A DNA stretch of 41,434 nt. It comes from a virus (lineage: Duplodnaviria; Caudoviricetes). Location of the stretch: positions 1-41,434 of the IMG/VR virus record IMGVR_UViG_3300025018_000049; one strand, 5' to 3'. Below are positions 25,985 through 35,900 of this stretch, one piece after another. The notes beneath the pieces are model-generated. The model was not told the DNA's origin. It did not search any database and saw nothing but the letters and a program-made list of their open reading frames with translations. Position 1 is the first letter of the stretch. The number at the start of each line of letters is the position of its first letter. A program made the translations under genes and the position numbers.

Positions 25985-26634
25985 AGTATATAAAAATGAG
26001 TATCAAACATCCCGGCGTTTCAAACTCCTCAACCTACATGAAGTATCCAAAAGAATTTAACTTTGAAGGCCAGCGGGTTTTAAACCTGGGTTGCGGATGC
26101 ACTACCTACCCGGTCAAAAATGTAGTGAACCTGGACTACCTACCCGGTGAAGGAATAGATCTGGTTTGGGATCTATCAGTTACTCCCCTCCCATTTAAGG
26201 ATGGAGAGTTCGACTTCATCATCGCCAATCACGTTTTGGAGCATGTGCCAAACTGGTGGGAATGTTTTAAGGAACTGGCCCGGATCACTAAAGTAGGTGG
26301 CAACATCCAGGTATTTTTGCCCGGCGATGGTGGATCAAGCCAATTAGGGTATCGAGATCACATCAATATTATCAATTCATATTCCTTCGGAGGGATCAGA
26401 ATGTCTCATCGAAACGAAGCAAACATCTGGGAAATTGAAGATCGGAAACACCTGGGCGCTGTTAAAGATCTGCTCATGACAGCCTATACCCTCACCCCGA
26501 CTAACTACTGGTGGTTACATATACTCCCAGCCCGGATCCAGATGGCGGCCATGAAGCACCTACGAAATGTAGTTCAAGAGCAACAATTTATATTTAAGAA
26601 ACTAGCACCAGAAGGAGTGATCAATGGAAAATGA
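25969..26634 (+). CDS. Class I SAM-dependent methyltransferase
   Basis: VLNLGCG, NLD, LPFKDGEFD, NHVLEHV. Confidence 0.88.
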   Translation: MRQKLKYIKMSIKHPGVSNSSTYMKYPKEFNFEGQRVLNLGCGCTTYPVKNVVNLDYLPGEGIDLVWDLSVTPLPFKDGEFDFIIANHVLEHVPNWWECFKELARITKVGGNIQVFLPGDGGSSQLGYRDHINIINSYSFGGIRMSHRNEANIWEIEDRKHLGAVKDLLMTAYTLTPTNYWWLHILPARIQMAAMKHLRNVVQEQQFIFKKLAPEGVINGK

Positions 26635-26821
26635 ACCGATATTTGAGTTTTATCGCTGTTACAACTGCAAGCGGGCCACTGAACTACAACAACTGCTGAA
26701 AAATCATGGCTGTATATGCGGCAGTAATAAGGTAGTTCCTAGCCGGCTCACTACTTTCCAACTGATCGCCTACCTTGCCTTTCACCCTAGCCTAGTAAGA
26801 AGAATCATAAGGAGAGGCTAG
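26624..26821 (+). CDS. Small zinc-binding protein
   Basis: CYNC...CICGS. Confidence 0.5.
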   Translation: MENEPIFEFYRCYNCKRATELQQLLKNHGCICGSNKVVPSRLTTFQLIAYLAFHPSLVRRIIRRG

Positions 26822-27570
26822 TGGATACAGTAGCGGTTCTCATCCCGATAGCTGAGTCCGTTCCGCCGTTGACTTTCCAAAGCGTTCTATCGGTAGTGGG
26901 GTATGCCTCATCAAAGAAGGTGAAGATCCAGCATATCGGCGTAACTGAACGAACTCTCGTAGATACCGCGCGCAACATCCTAGCCCGGCAGTTCTTAAAA
27001 ACAGACAACGAATGGTCACTATGGTTAGATAGCGACATGATCTTCCCTAAAGATACTCTCACCCAACTTTTGAAAACGGCCAAGAAACATAAGGCCAAGA
27101 TGGTGACCGGAGTCTACTACCAGCGCGGAGGTAAACACTTCCCGGTTCTCTGGGTTCGAGATCCAGAACTAGAGAGCGGATCAAAGGTATTACATGAGAG
27201 TCAGGAGAAGTATAACCAGAATGAATATATCGGCATGTATGCCCTCCCCGGCCCCGCTACTACGAAACCATTTTTGGCTGATACGGCTGGATTCGGGTGT
27301 GTCCTCATCCATCGAAGCGTATTTGAAATAACGGAATACCCCTGGTTCCAATTCCTACCAGGTAAATGTTCAGAAGATTTTTACTTTTTTGTTAATGCGA
27401 GAAACAAAGGATTTGAATTATGGGCCGATCCCTCCCTGGATCTGAAGCACCTGGGAGCGCCGGCCATCATCGGTAAAGAAAACTGTCACGCTTCCCTAGA
27501 GGAGAGCGAGACAATGGTTGAAGAAATAAAAAAAGATAAATTATATGGAAAGGAGAAGGAATGGCACTGA
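26821..27570 (+). CDS. Glycosyltransferase, GT2-like (GT-A)
   Basis: ARNILA, WLDSDM, GFGCVLIHRSVFE, SEDFYF. Confidence 0.85.
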   Translation: MDTVAVLIPIAESVPPLTFQSVLSVVGYASSKKVKIQHIGVTERTLVDTARNILARQFLKTDNEWSLWLDSDMIFPKDTLTQLLKTAKKHKAKMVTGVYYQRGGKHFPVLWVRDPELESGSKVLHESQEKYNQNEYIGMYALPGPATTKPFLADTAGFGCVLIHRSVFEITEYPWFQFLPGKCSEDFYFFVNARNKGFELWADPSLDLKHLGAPAIIGKENCHASLEESETMVEEIKKDKLYGKEKEWH

Positions 27571-27770
27571 AATATGTTACTAAAGACGGCTGGCATTTCC
27601 AGTATCTCCTAGATAATGCCAAACAGTTCTACCGCGCCCTAGTCACCTACCAGGGAGCAACAGCGTCAGCTACGGCAATAGTCGAGGAAACGGTTGGTGA
27701 TCCAATGGTCGGGACTGTTAAGACAATCTTTCCGGGTGGGGACATAACATCCGATGATGCTTTATATTAA
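27561..27770 (+). CDS. Hypothetical protein
   Basis: SD AGGAG; operon position. Confidence 0.55.
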   Translation: MALKYVTKDGWHFQYLLDNAKQFYRALVTYQGATASATAIVEETVGDPMVGTVKTIFPGGDITSDDALY

Positions 27771-27779
27771 GGAGCAACC

Positions 27780-28004
27780 ATGAGATCAATAGATAGAATA
27801 GATGTAGCCTTAAGACTAGACGACACCACTACCAGTAACGTGATATATATCGGCTATGCACCAACTGGGAGCGCCGAAACTGATCCGGTATGGCAGATCC
27901 AAAGGCTATCAACGGCTACCGGACTTTCAATGACTTGGGCTGATGGTAACCCGAACATGGATAATATCTGGGATAACCGGGCTACAACGGTGGTTTATGC
28001 TTAG
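27780..28004 (+). CDS. Small phage protein, possibly structural
   Basis: YIGYA...VWQIQRL...WADG...WDNR pattern; SD AAGGAG. Confidence 0.6.
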   Translation: MRSIDRIDVALRLDDTTTSNVIYIGYAPTGSAETDPVWQIQRLSTATGLSMTWADGNPNMDNIWDNRATTVVYA

Positions 28005-28836
28005 TGTTATAATCCCCTCTAAACATGAGAGGTTTTTAAATAACACCATAGAGGATGTCCTCTCTAATGCTACTGGGGAGATTGAAATATACGCCATGCT
28101 TGATGGGGAAGATGTCGAAGACAAGGTTATCGACCCCAGAGTTCAATACCACGTCTACCCTAAAGGAGAAGGCAACCAGAAACGACACATGATCAACTGG
28201 GTCATGGACAGAACCGACTCAGAATACATGATGGCCCTCGATGCTCACTGTATGTTGGGGCATGGGTTTGACGAGATTTTAATTGAAAATCACCAACCCA
28301 ACTGGGTTCAGATACCCCGAAGATTACGCTTGGACGCTGACAACTGGAGACCCCAGATAGAGACAGTTCGCCCTCCAATAGACTACGAATACCACAAATT
28401 CAGAGACTTCAAAAAAGGTGGTATACATGGTTACAAGTGGGACTCAAGGACACTAGAACGGATCCACATCCCAGTAGATGAAACGATGACATTCCAGGGT
28501 TCCTGCTACTTTATGACACGAGACTGGTTCCGCAAGATAGGTTTGATGCAAATAGAGGGTTTCGGAGGATTCACTCAAGAGGCAGAGGAAATTACTCTAA
28601 AAACCTGGATGGCTGGAGGGAAGGTGATGACCAACAAGAACACTTGGTATGCTCACCTACATAAGGGAAAGAAATACGGACGAATGTATAATTTAAATTG
28701 GGATGAGAAAAAAATAGGAGATGACTACGCCTTTGACTTTTTTGTTCGCAAGAACCCAGAGTTTTTCAAAGAACATATTAAAAGATTTTGGCCGATCCCC
28801 GGATGGCCTGAGAATTGGGAGGACTACCTTGGATAG
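27997..28836 (+). CDS. Glycosyltransferase, polypeptide GalNAc-transferase (GT27)-like, copy A
   Basis: LSVIIP, LDAHC, QGSCYFMTRDWF, EITLKTWMAGG, WYAHLHK. Confidence 0.8.
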   Translation: MLSVIIPSKHERFLNNTIEDVLSNATGEIEIYAMLDGEDVEDKVIDPRVQYHVYPKGEGNQKRHMINWVMDRTDSEYMMALDAHCMLGHGFDEILIENHQPNWVQIPRRLRLDADNWRPQIETVRPPIDYEYHKFRDFKKGGIHGYKWDSRTLERIHIPVDETMTFQGSCYFMTRDWFRKIGLMQIEGFGGFTQEAEEITLKTWMAGGKVMTNKNTWYAHLHKGKKYGRMYNLNWDEKKIGDDYAFDFFVRKNPEFFKEHIKRFWPIPGWPENWEDYLG

Positions 28837-29437
28837 AGAAAAATACATTATAGACAAATATAAATGCGTTGGGGAATCCCCACACGTTATCGAGCTTTGC
28901 AAGTGGAAACAACTTCCTTACCTATTAAAAGACATGGGCTGTAAGGTAGGGGCTGAAATTGGAGTGGAAAAAGGACAGTTCGCAGAAACACTCCTAAGAA
29001 AGATACCCGAACTTAAACTATACGCCGTAGATTGCTGGGAACCATACTCTGAATACCGAGAAGGCAAGAACTACGACATCAATCAATATTACCAGAGAGC
29101 ACTAGAGAAGCTGACTCCTTTCGGGGACAGGGTAGAGATAATTAAGAAATACTCTATGGATGCCCTCGCCGATGTCCCAGACGAATCTTTGGACTTTGTT
29201 TATATAGATGCTAACCATGAGTTCCAGCATGCAGTAAATGACATCGCTGAGTGGAGCAAGAAGGTCAAGAAGGGTGGAGTAATCAGCGGTCACGACTTCG
29301 TTCACACTGAAGTTCAATACGAAAAGATGGAAGTTGAGGATGCTGTGCGGGGATGGACTAGTGCGAAGAAGATAGACCCTTGGTTTATAGCGGTCAGAGG
29401 AGAAAGGATGCCAAATTGGCTCTACATCAAACACTAG
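28829..29437 (+). CDS. Methyltransf_24-like O-methyltransferase
   Basis: GAEIGVEKG, VDCW, DFVYIDANH, GGVISGHDF; SD GGAGG before TTG. Confidence 0.85.
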   Translation: MDREKYIIDKYKCVGESPHVIELCKWKQLPYLLKDMGCKVGAEIGVEKGQFAETLLRKIPELKLYAVDCWEPYSEYREGKNYDINQYYQRALEKLTPFGDRVEIIKKYSMDALADVPDESLDFVYIDANHEFQHAVNDIAEWSKKVKKGGVISGHDFVHTEVQYEKMEVEDAVRGWTSAKKIDPWFIAVRGERMPNWLYIKH

Positions 29438-30345
29438 ACATTATAATCCCCGCCAGAAATGAGATGTTCCTCGCCCGCACGGTTGAGGATATTTTGAAGA
29501 ACAAGCGAGGCTCTACAAAGGTCTTGGTGGGCTTAGATGGTGCGTGGGCCGATCCAGTCATAAAAGATCACCCAGATGTCACCATACTGCACTATACAGA
29601 ATCCATCGGCCAGAGAGCCATCAGCAACCAGCTAGTCAAACTTTCAAAGGCTAAATATGTGATGAAGGTAGATGCCCACTGCTCTTTTGACGAAGGCTTT
29701 GATGTCAAGATGATGGATCGGATGCAGGACGACTACACAATGGTGCCGGTGATGAGGAATCTCTGGGCTTTTGACTGGAAGTGCTACGATTGCGGATTGA
29801 GAACTTATCAGGGGCCTACTCCTGAAAAGTGTTCAAAATGCGGCGGTAGCAACATAAAGAAAAAGATGGTATGGAAGGGCAAAGAAAACCCTCAGTCAAC
29901 ATCCTATTGCTTCGACTCAGAACCCCATTTTCAATATTTCAAAGAATGGACAAAAACCCCTCAGTATCAAGAACAACTCAAGACTGGTCTAACGGAGACA
30001 ATGAGCCTTCAGGGAAGTTGTTTTATGATGACGAGAGATAAATACTGGGAACTGAATATCTGCGATGAGGAGTTCGGCTCTTGGGGGTCGCAAGGGATAG
30101 AGGTAGCAGTCAAGACTTGGCAATCAGGCGGGAAAGTCTTGGTAAACCACAACACTTGGTATGCTCACATGTTCAGAACCCAGGGCGGAGACTTCGGCTT
30201 TCCTTATCCTGGGCCAAACGCTACACCCCCTAAAAGGATGGCCAAAGAGAAGTTTTTAAATAAAGACATTGTTTGGTTATTGGAGAAGTTTTGGCCGGTA
30301 AATGGATGGAGCAAAGAAGATTTAAATAAGTTAAGGAATAGCTAA
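29416..30345 (+). CDS. Glycosyltransferase, GT27-like, copy B, with zinc-ribbon insertion
   Basis: IIIPARNE, VDAHC, QGSCFMMTRDKY, DEEFGSWGSQGIEVAVKTWQSGG, WYAHMFR; CYDC/CSKC insertion. Confidence 0.82.
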   Translation: MALHQTLDIIIPARNEMFLARTVEDILKNKRGSTKVLVGLDGAWADPVIKDHPDVTILHYTESIGQRAISNQLVKLSKAKYVMKVDAHCSFDEGFDVKMMDRMQDDYTMVPVMRNLWAFDWKCYDCGLRTYQGPTPEKCSKCGGSNIKKKMVWKGKENPQSTSYCFDSEPHFQYFKEWTKTPQYQEQLKTGLTETMSLQGSCFMMTRDKYWELNICDEEFGSWGSQGIEVAVKTWQSGGKVLVNHNTWYAHMFRTQGGDFGFPYPGPNATPPKRMAKEKFLNKDIVWLLEKFWPVNGWSKEDLNKLRNS

Positions 30346-30503
30346 TGGCATTTAATCATAACGCCACAACTAAACACTACTCACACACGCCGAAAGCCAA
30401 TCCCAAGGATTTGGTGGAAGTTGAAATTGGTGATGCCAAAGAACCTTTAATAGTCCTCCCTCAAGTTAAGATTTCTCGCAGGGTTTGGCAGGGAGGAATA
30501 TAA
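30345..30503 (+). CDS. Small ORF (52 aa), possibly a truncated remnant
   Basis: TAATG-coupled on both sides; PKDLVEVEIGDAKEP...PQVKISR. Confidence 0.45.
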   Translation: MAFNHNATTKHYSHTPKANPKDLVEVEIGDAKEPLIVLPQVKISRRVWQGGI

Positions 30504-32233
30504 TGGCAGTAATTTTCAATGATACATTTACAGAGGCATCGGATGTAACCCTCGCCTCCCACACACCAGATACGGGAACATCTTGGAGTTTATTGATAAC
30601 CAATAGCTCAGATATAGTGATTGATGCTACAAACGATGATCTAGACGCTACTATATCGAGTGGTGGGCTGGGCGATGGAGCATTATACACTGCCAATGCT
30701 ACCTACCCATCTGCTGACTATGAAGCTCAGGTTGTCGCTACTTCTCCCGATTTTTCCGATGACCCTTGTATTCTTGCAGTAAGGATTCAGGATGCCAATA
30801 ATATGTATGTTGTCAGGTTTAATAATGATTCTTGCCAATTATACAAACGAGTCGCTGGCACTTGGTCAACCGTTGGAACTGCTGGAGCAGGAGTAGCAGA
30901 TGGTTCGACTGTTATATTGAGAATTGTGGGGACTACCCTTTCATTCATAGACGATGGGGCAACTATAAAGAGTGAAACTGTTACTGACCATTCTGCTGCT
31001 GGAAAAGCGGGGGTGGGGATGGGTTCTGTGATTGTCTCTGGGGATGACATGAGCAATCAGGAGATGGACAATTTCTCGGTGAATGATTTGGGGTCTCCCA
31101 GTTCCCCATCAAGCTCAGCTAGTAGTTCTCCTAGCTCCTCACCTTCAACCTCTCCTTCAAGTTCAATTTCTGCTAGTAGTTCAATGTCTAGTAGTGCTTC
31201 TTCAAGTCCATCTAGCAGTATAAGCGCATCATCTTCGATGAGTAGTAGTCCATCTTCAAGCATGAGTTCTTCTCAAAGCTCATCCCCTAGCTCTAGTCCT
31301 TCTAGCAGCATATCCCAAAGCTCGTCTGCTTCTTCTAGTCCATCTAGTTCTCCTAGTAGCAGTATGAGTAGTAGTCAAAGTAGCTCTCCTAGTTCGAGTA
31401 TCTCGGCCAGTAGCAGTGAATCGACATCACCTTCTTCAAGTGAATCAGTAAGCCCTAGCTCTAGTCCTTCATCGTCAGAGAGTTCTTCTGTCTCTGCTAG
31501 TTCCAGTGAGAGTAGCTCAGCTTCGAGTTCACCATCGTCATCTCCTAGTAGCAGTCCATCGAGTTCGGAGAGTTCATCCATATCGGCATCTAGCTCAGAG
31601 TCATCCTCTGCTTCTTCTTCTCCTTCAAGTAGCCCATCGTCTAGCCCAAGTTCTAGTGAGAGTAGTTCTGTCTCTGCCTCAAGTTCCGAGTCAGCATCAG
31701 AATCGGTCTCTCCTAGTTCATCGCCTAGTAGCTCTGAATCTAGTAGTGAGAGTGCATCCATCTCGGCTTCATCTAGTGAGTCATCTAGCACAAGCTCCAG
31801 TCCTTCGAGTTCACCAAGCACTTCACCAAGTAGTTCTGAATCTTCGAGTATATCGGAATCATCCTCACCCAGCTCCTCTCCTTCGAGTTCAACCTCTAGC
31901 AGTGAATCGACCTCACCATCGAGTTCACCTAGTAGTTCCCCAAGTTCTAGTGAAAGCGCCTCAGTTAGTGCGAGTTCGAGTGAATCCAGTTCAGCCTCAG
32001 CATCCGAGAGTGCTTCTCCTAGTTCATCCCCATCTAGTAGTCCTTCAATCTCGCCATCATCCAGCCCCTCTAGCTCAGAATCGAGCAGTGTTTCGGCATC
32101 ATCCTCCCCTTCCTCGTCTCCCAGCACCTCACCTTCCCCGGCAGCAGATTATAAACTGATATACTTTCTTGATAATGGCCAGATTAGGGTCGCCAAATGG
32201 ATCGTTGGTAAAATTTATATAGCAATAACATAA
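30503..32233 (+). CDS. Serine-rich mucin/SRRP-like protein with N-terminal beta-sandwich (lectin/LamG-like) domain
   Basis: SD GGAGG; ~195-aa beta-rich domain, then ~350 aa of S-S-S-X/S-X repeats, then a short hydrophobic/basic C-terminus. Confidence 0.85.
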   Translation: MAVIFNDTFTEASDVTLASHTPDTGTSWSLLITNSSDIVIDATNDDLDATISSGGLGDGALYTANATYPSADYEAQVVATSPDFSDDPCILAVRIQDANNMYVVRFNNDSCQLYKRVAGTWSTVGTAGAGVADGSTVILRIVGTTLSFIDDGATIKSETVTDHSAAGKAGVGMGSVIVSGDDMSNQEMDNFSVNDLGSPSSPSSSASSSPSSSPSTSPSSSISASSSMSSSASSSPSSSISASSSMSSSPSSSMSSSQSSSPSSSPSSSISQSSSASSSPSSSPSSSMSSSQSSSPSSSISASSSESTSPSSSESVSPSSSPSSSESSSVSASSSESSSASSSPSSSPSSSPSSSESSSISASSSESSSASSSPSSSPSSSPSSSESSSVSASSSESASESVSPSSSPSSSESSSESASISASSSESSSTSSSPSSSPSTSPSSSESSSISESSSPSSSPSSSTSSSESTSPSSSPSSSPSSSESASVSASSSESSSASASESASPSSSPSSSPSISPSSSPSSSESSSVSASSSPSSSPSTSPSPAADYKLIYFLDNGQIRVAKWIVGKIYIAIT

Positions 32234-32245
32234 GAAAGGTAAAAA

Positions 32246-32926
32246 ATGGCTCAGTTTTCAGACACATATAATGCAGTAGCAGACCAGTTCGGGGACACAA
32301 CCACCCCCATGATCACCAGGATCAAGCGGTTCATCAACTGGACACAGCAAGACATAGCCGCCAGGCGCAACTGGGAGTTTCTATTAAAAACGGCCGATAT
32401 TACGACCGTAGCCTCCACCAGCACCTATTCTCTAGCCTCCGATGCCGATAAGGTGATCGACATTATCAACACCACCACCAGGGCCAAGCTAGGGTTCACC
32501 TCCAGGCAAGAATTTGATGCGCGCGTTCCCTACACCACCTCTACCGGATCACCATCGGTTTGGATCCCGGCCGGTCGAGATACCAACGGTTACCTCAAAG
32601 TTCAGCTATACTTGACCCCAGATGCGGAATACACCCTCCCATATTGGTATCGAAAAAGGCTCACCGATCTCTCCGCTGATGCTGATGTCTCTTTGATCCC
32701 GCTTAAATACCATAAACTGCTCTATCTAGGCGCAGTGGCCCAAGTTTACGAATATGATACCAACCCGATGGCGAATAACTATTGGGTTCAATACGAGAAC
32801 ATGATCAACGATATGATCGATGATTTAGAAAGCGGCTCTGAAGATAGCGTAATATCACTAAGATCAACGGATGAGGGTTCTGGTTACCGAACCGCCAGCT
32901 TACCACCAGATCACTTTTCTAACTAA
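32246..32926 (+). CDS. Head-tail adaptor (tail tubular protein A-like)
   Basis: WEFL, TYSLASD, LYLTPDAEYTL, IPLKYHKLLYLGA. Confidence 0.75.
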   Translation: MAQFSDTYNAVADQFGDTTTPMITRIKRFINWTQQDIAARRNWEFLLKTADITTVASTSTYSLASDADKVIDIINTTTRAKLGFTSRQEFDARVPYTTSTGSPSVWIPAGRDTNGYLKVQLYLTPDAEYTLPYWYRKRLTDLSADADVSLIPLKYHKLLYLGAVAQVYEYDTNPMANNYWVQYENMINDMIDDLESGSEDSVISLRSTDEGSGYRTASLPPDHFSN

Positions 32927-32935
32927 GGAGACAAA

Positions 32936-35900
32936 ATGGCCCGAAGAAATAAAGCTAAACTACCCCAGATCACGCCAGTCAAACTGTCTACCTTAACGAT
33001 CAGTGATTTTGAGGGTATGAATAATACTGATCACCCCACCTCGCTAAAAGATAATGTTCTTTCCAACCTCCAAAACTCCTACTTTAGAAATAATATGCTC
33101 TCCAGGAGGCTGGGAACGACCGCAGACTATGGTTATTTAACCGGTAAACACTCCGAACCGTTCACTGCTATTACCAAAAAAGATGCGGCTACTACTACTG
33201 GAGACTGGGGAACGGATGGAACGGCCAACCTGATCACGAATACTACCACTGCCGTTGATGCAGCAGTAAAAGAATATGGTAATGGGTCAATAAGTGGGAG
33301 AACATCTGCTATCGCTAGTAACGGAACGATAGTAGTCACTTATGCTGATACTGGAGGGATCAAAGCCCAAAAGTCAGCTGACAATGGCGCAACGTGGACA
33401 AACCTAGCCGGGTCTGCCGGAGAGACTACAATAAACTCAGATGCCACTTTTACGTCATGGTCTATTTGGATAGATAGTAGCGATCATATACACGTTGGAT
33501 ATACCTATTTAGCGGCAGGATATGGATCGGTTGGTTACCGGAAACTTACCTATTCTTCTGGATCATGGACAGTGGGTGACCAAAGCTCCATTGTGGCTGG
33601 GGGTGGTGGTGTCCATTACGGATTTTATGGGATAACAGCCACCGATGCCGGCGCTATTTATGTTGCAATTTGCTATGATGAAAAAGCATCAGTATTGGGG
33701 GTTTGCAAATCAACTAATGGAACAAGTTGGACTGGGACAGATGGAGCGGGTTGGACGACAGAAATCACTAGAGATTTCTACAACGATGCTGTCCTTCTTA
33801 TAAATAACTCCCAACCAATGGTTATATATAGCGAGAGTGTCGCCAATAGAGTTATGTCAAGAGAATTTGATGGAACAAATTGGGCCAGTGCGGTTTCTGT
33901 TTGTAGTGGAGAATCTCAGTTCAGGTCGCTATCTGTTACTAGAAAAAGCGATGATAATATATGGGCTGTGTTTTGTTCAACCATTTCAACAAACGTATAT
34001 ACTTTCAACGGAACTTCTTGGTCGCACAGTCTCCTTTTGGATTCATCTGGAGAACCAATCTCTCCAGTTATAACAACCGATGGAACAAATGTTTGGGTGA
34101 TTTGGTCTTTTGTGGAAGCATACAATCAAATTGAAGTTTACTCTACTGTCCATAACGGAACTTCGTGGGGAACAAATACCAACATAACAGATGATAATGG
34201 TAATAATCGCTATCAATCTGTTCCCCATCGTGTATCAACAGTATTCCCTTTATTCTGGATCACTGGAACCTCTACCTATGCGTTGAAGGCCCGATGTGTC
34301 CAGATCTCTGGAGTTATTCAGTCAGTAGGATATGATGCAGCTGCCGGCTCTCAAGTTTATAGCGCCGCCATCACCTCCACCTTAAACGGCGGAACCGTCA
34401 CTGCTAAATATGCCGATTCTGCCGACAACACCACCTTCGGAACCTTCTCAACCGACATAGCCACCATGAATAAGCGCTATATCAAGTTCCAACTCACCCT
34501 CACCACCACCTCCCTATCCACTTCCCCATCCGTTGATCTTATCGAGATCACCTATGGCGGACTAAATGTGGTGGGTGGACACTCCTTCACCCTATCTGGA
34601 ACCAACTACCAGATCATTATTGCGGGGGCCAGGGCCTTCGTGGTAGACACTGGGGCCTTGCTTCAGATAAAAAGCAACCTTACCGTTCCGGGATCCCTCC
34701 CTGGCGCTCCGACTACCGGCGCACCATTCCAAAACTTTGGGATCATCTGTAACGGTTCTGATGCTCCTATGAGGTTTAATGGTAAAACTACCACCGGCAC
34801 AATCGAAGTTCAAGCCGGGACACCAACCATCCTAAGAGGAACAGACACCCTATGGAATACAGCCTCAAACGCCAATCAATTATCAGTGGGTGGTCGAGTA
34901 AAGATTGGATCGACTTGGTATACCATCCAAACTCTAACCTCTGACACTCTAATGACCATGACCGAATCAATGCCAACTACGGCGGCCGGATCTTCTTATG
35001 AAGCCTATGGGCTACCAGCCCTAGCGGGATCCCCTCCAGTTGGTAAATATGTAGCCGTTCATAATAACTTTGTTTTTATCGCCGGAGTAGCCGCTTACCC
35101 CACCCGACTTTACAACTGTGCTAGTGGTGATGGGGTCACCTGGTCAGGATCCGGAACAGGGTTTATAGACATAAATACCAACGATGGTGAGGTGATCACT
35201 GGTATCGTTTCCTTCAAAGACGTTCTCGCCATTGGTAAATATGATGCTGCTGGATCGAAGAAATCCATTCTGGGTCTATACGGAAAGATATTTAATGACT
35301 TCACCTACCGTCAACTCACTAGCGACTTCGGGTTCACTGATCAGCGCGCCGTAGCCGTAGCCCCAAACGCCCTCTACTTTATAGACCGATCAGGGATTGT
35401 AGAAACTAACTTGATCACCTTCCGTAGGGTAGATCTTCCCATAAATGGAACAACCGACACCTGGAACCAAGCTACTCTAGCCCCGACTGCGACTGCGACT
35501 GGGGCCGTAGCGACATACTGGGATGACTACTGTTTCTTCGCAATACCGGCCGTTGGATCAAGCGTAAATAACAAAGTCTTAATGTTAGATCTCCAGACTG
35601 GGAGACAGTGGGGGATACATACCGGCCTAACTCCATCATGTTTCTATATCTCACCATACAGTTCAGTCCCCTCTCTATACTTCGGGGATCAGACAGCAGT
35701 ATCAGCCGTATTTAGATGGAACTCCGGCACAACCGACAATGGGGCATATATAGACTGGATTGTAGAAACTAAAGAATTTGACTGGAAATCCTACTTCACC
35801 AAGAAAACCATCAAATACCTCTATGCTTTCATGGATAATACAGATGCCTCTTATAATATCAGCGCCTACTATGCCCTCAACGGATCAACCACCTGGACTC

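Noticed and set aside
31093-32140. Possible CRISPR array or DNA tandem repeat
   Set aside because: Repetition is at amino-acid level; no constant repeat with unique spacers and no cas genes
31375-32159. Long alternative-frame ORFs (31375-32127 minus; 31506-32159 plus)
   Set aside because: Shadows of the Ser-repeat codons; no SD and no domain features
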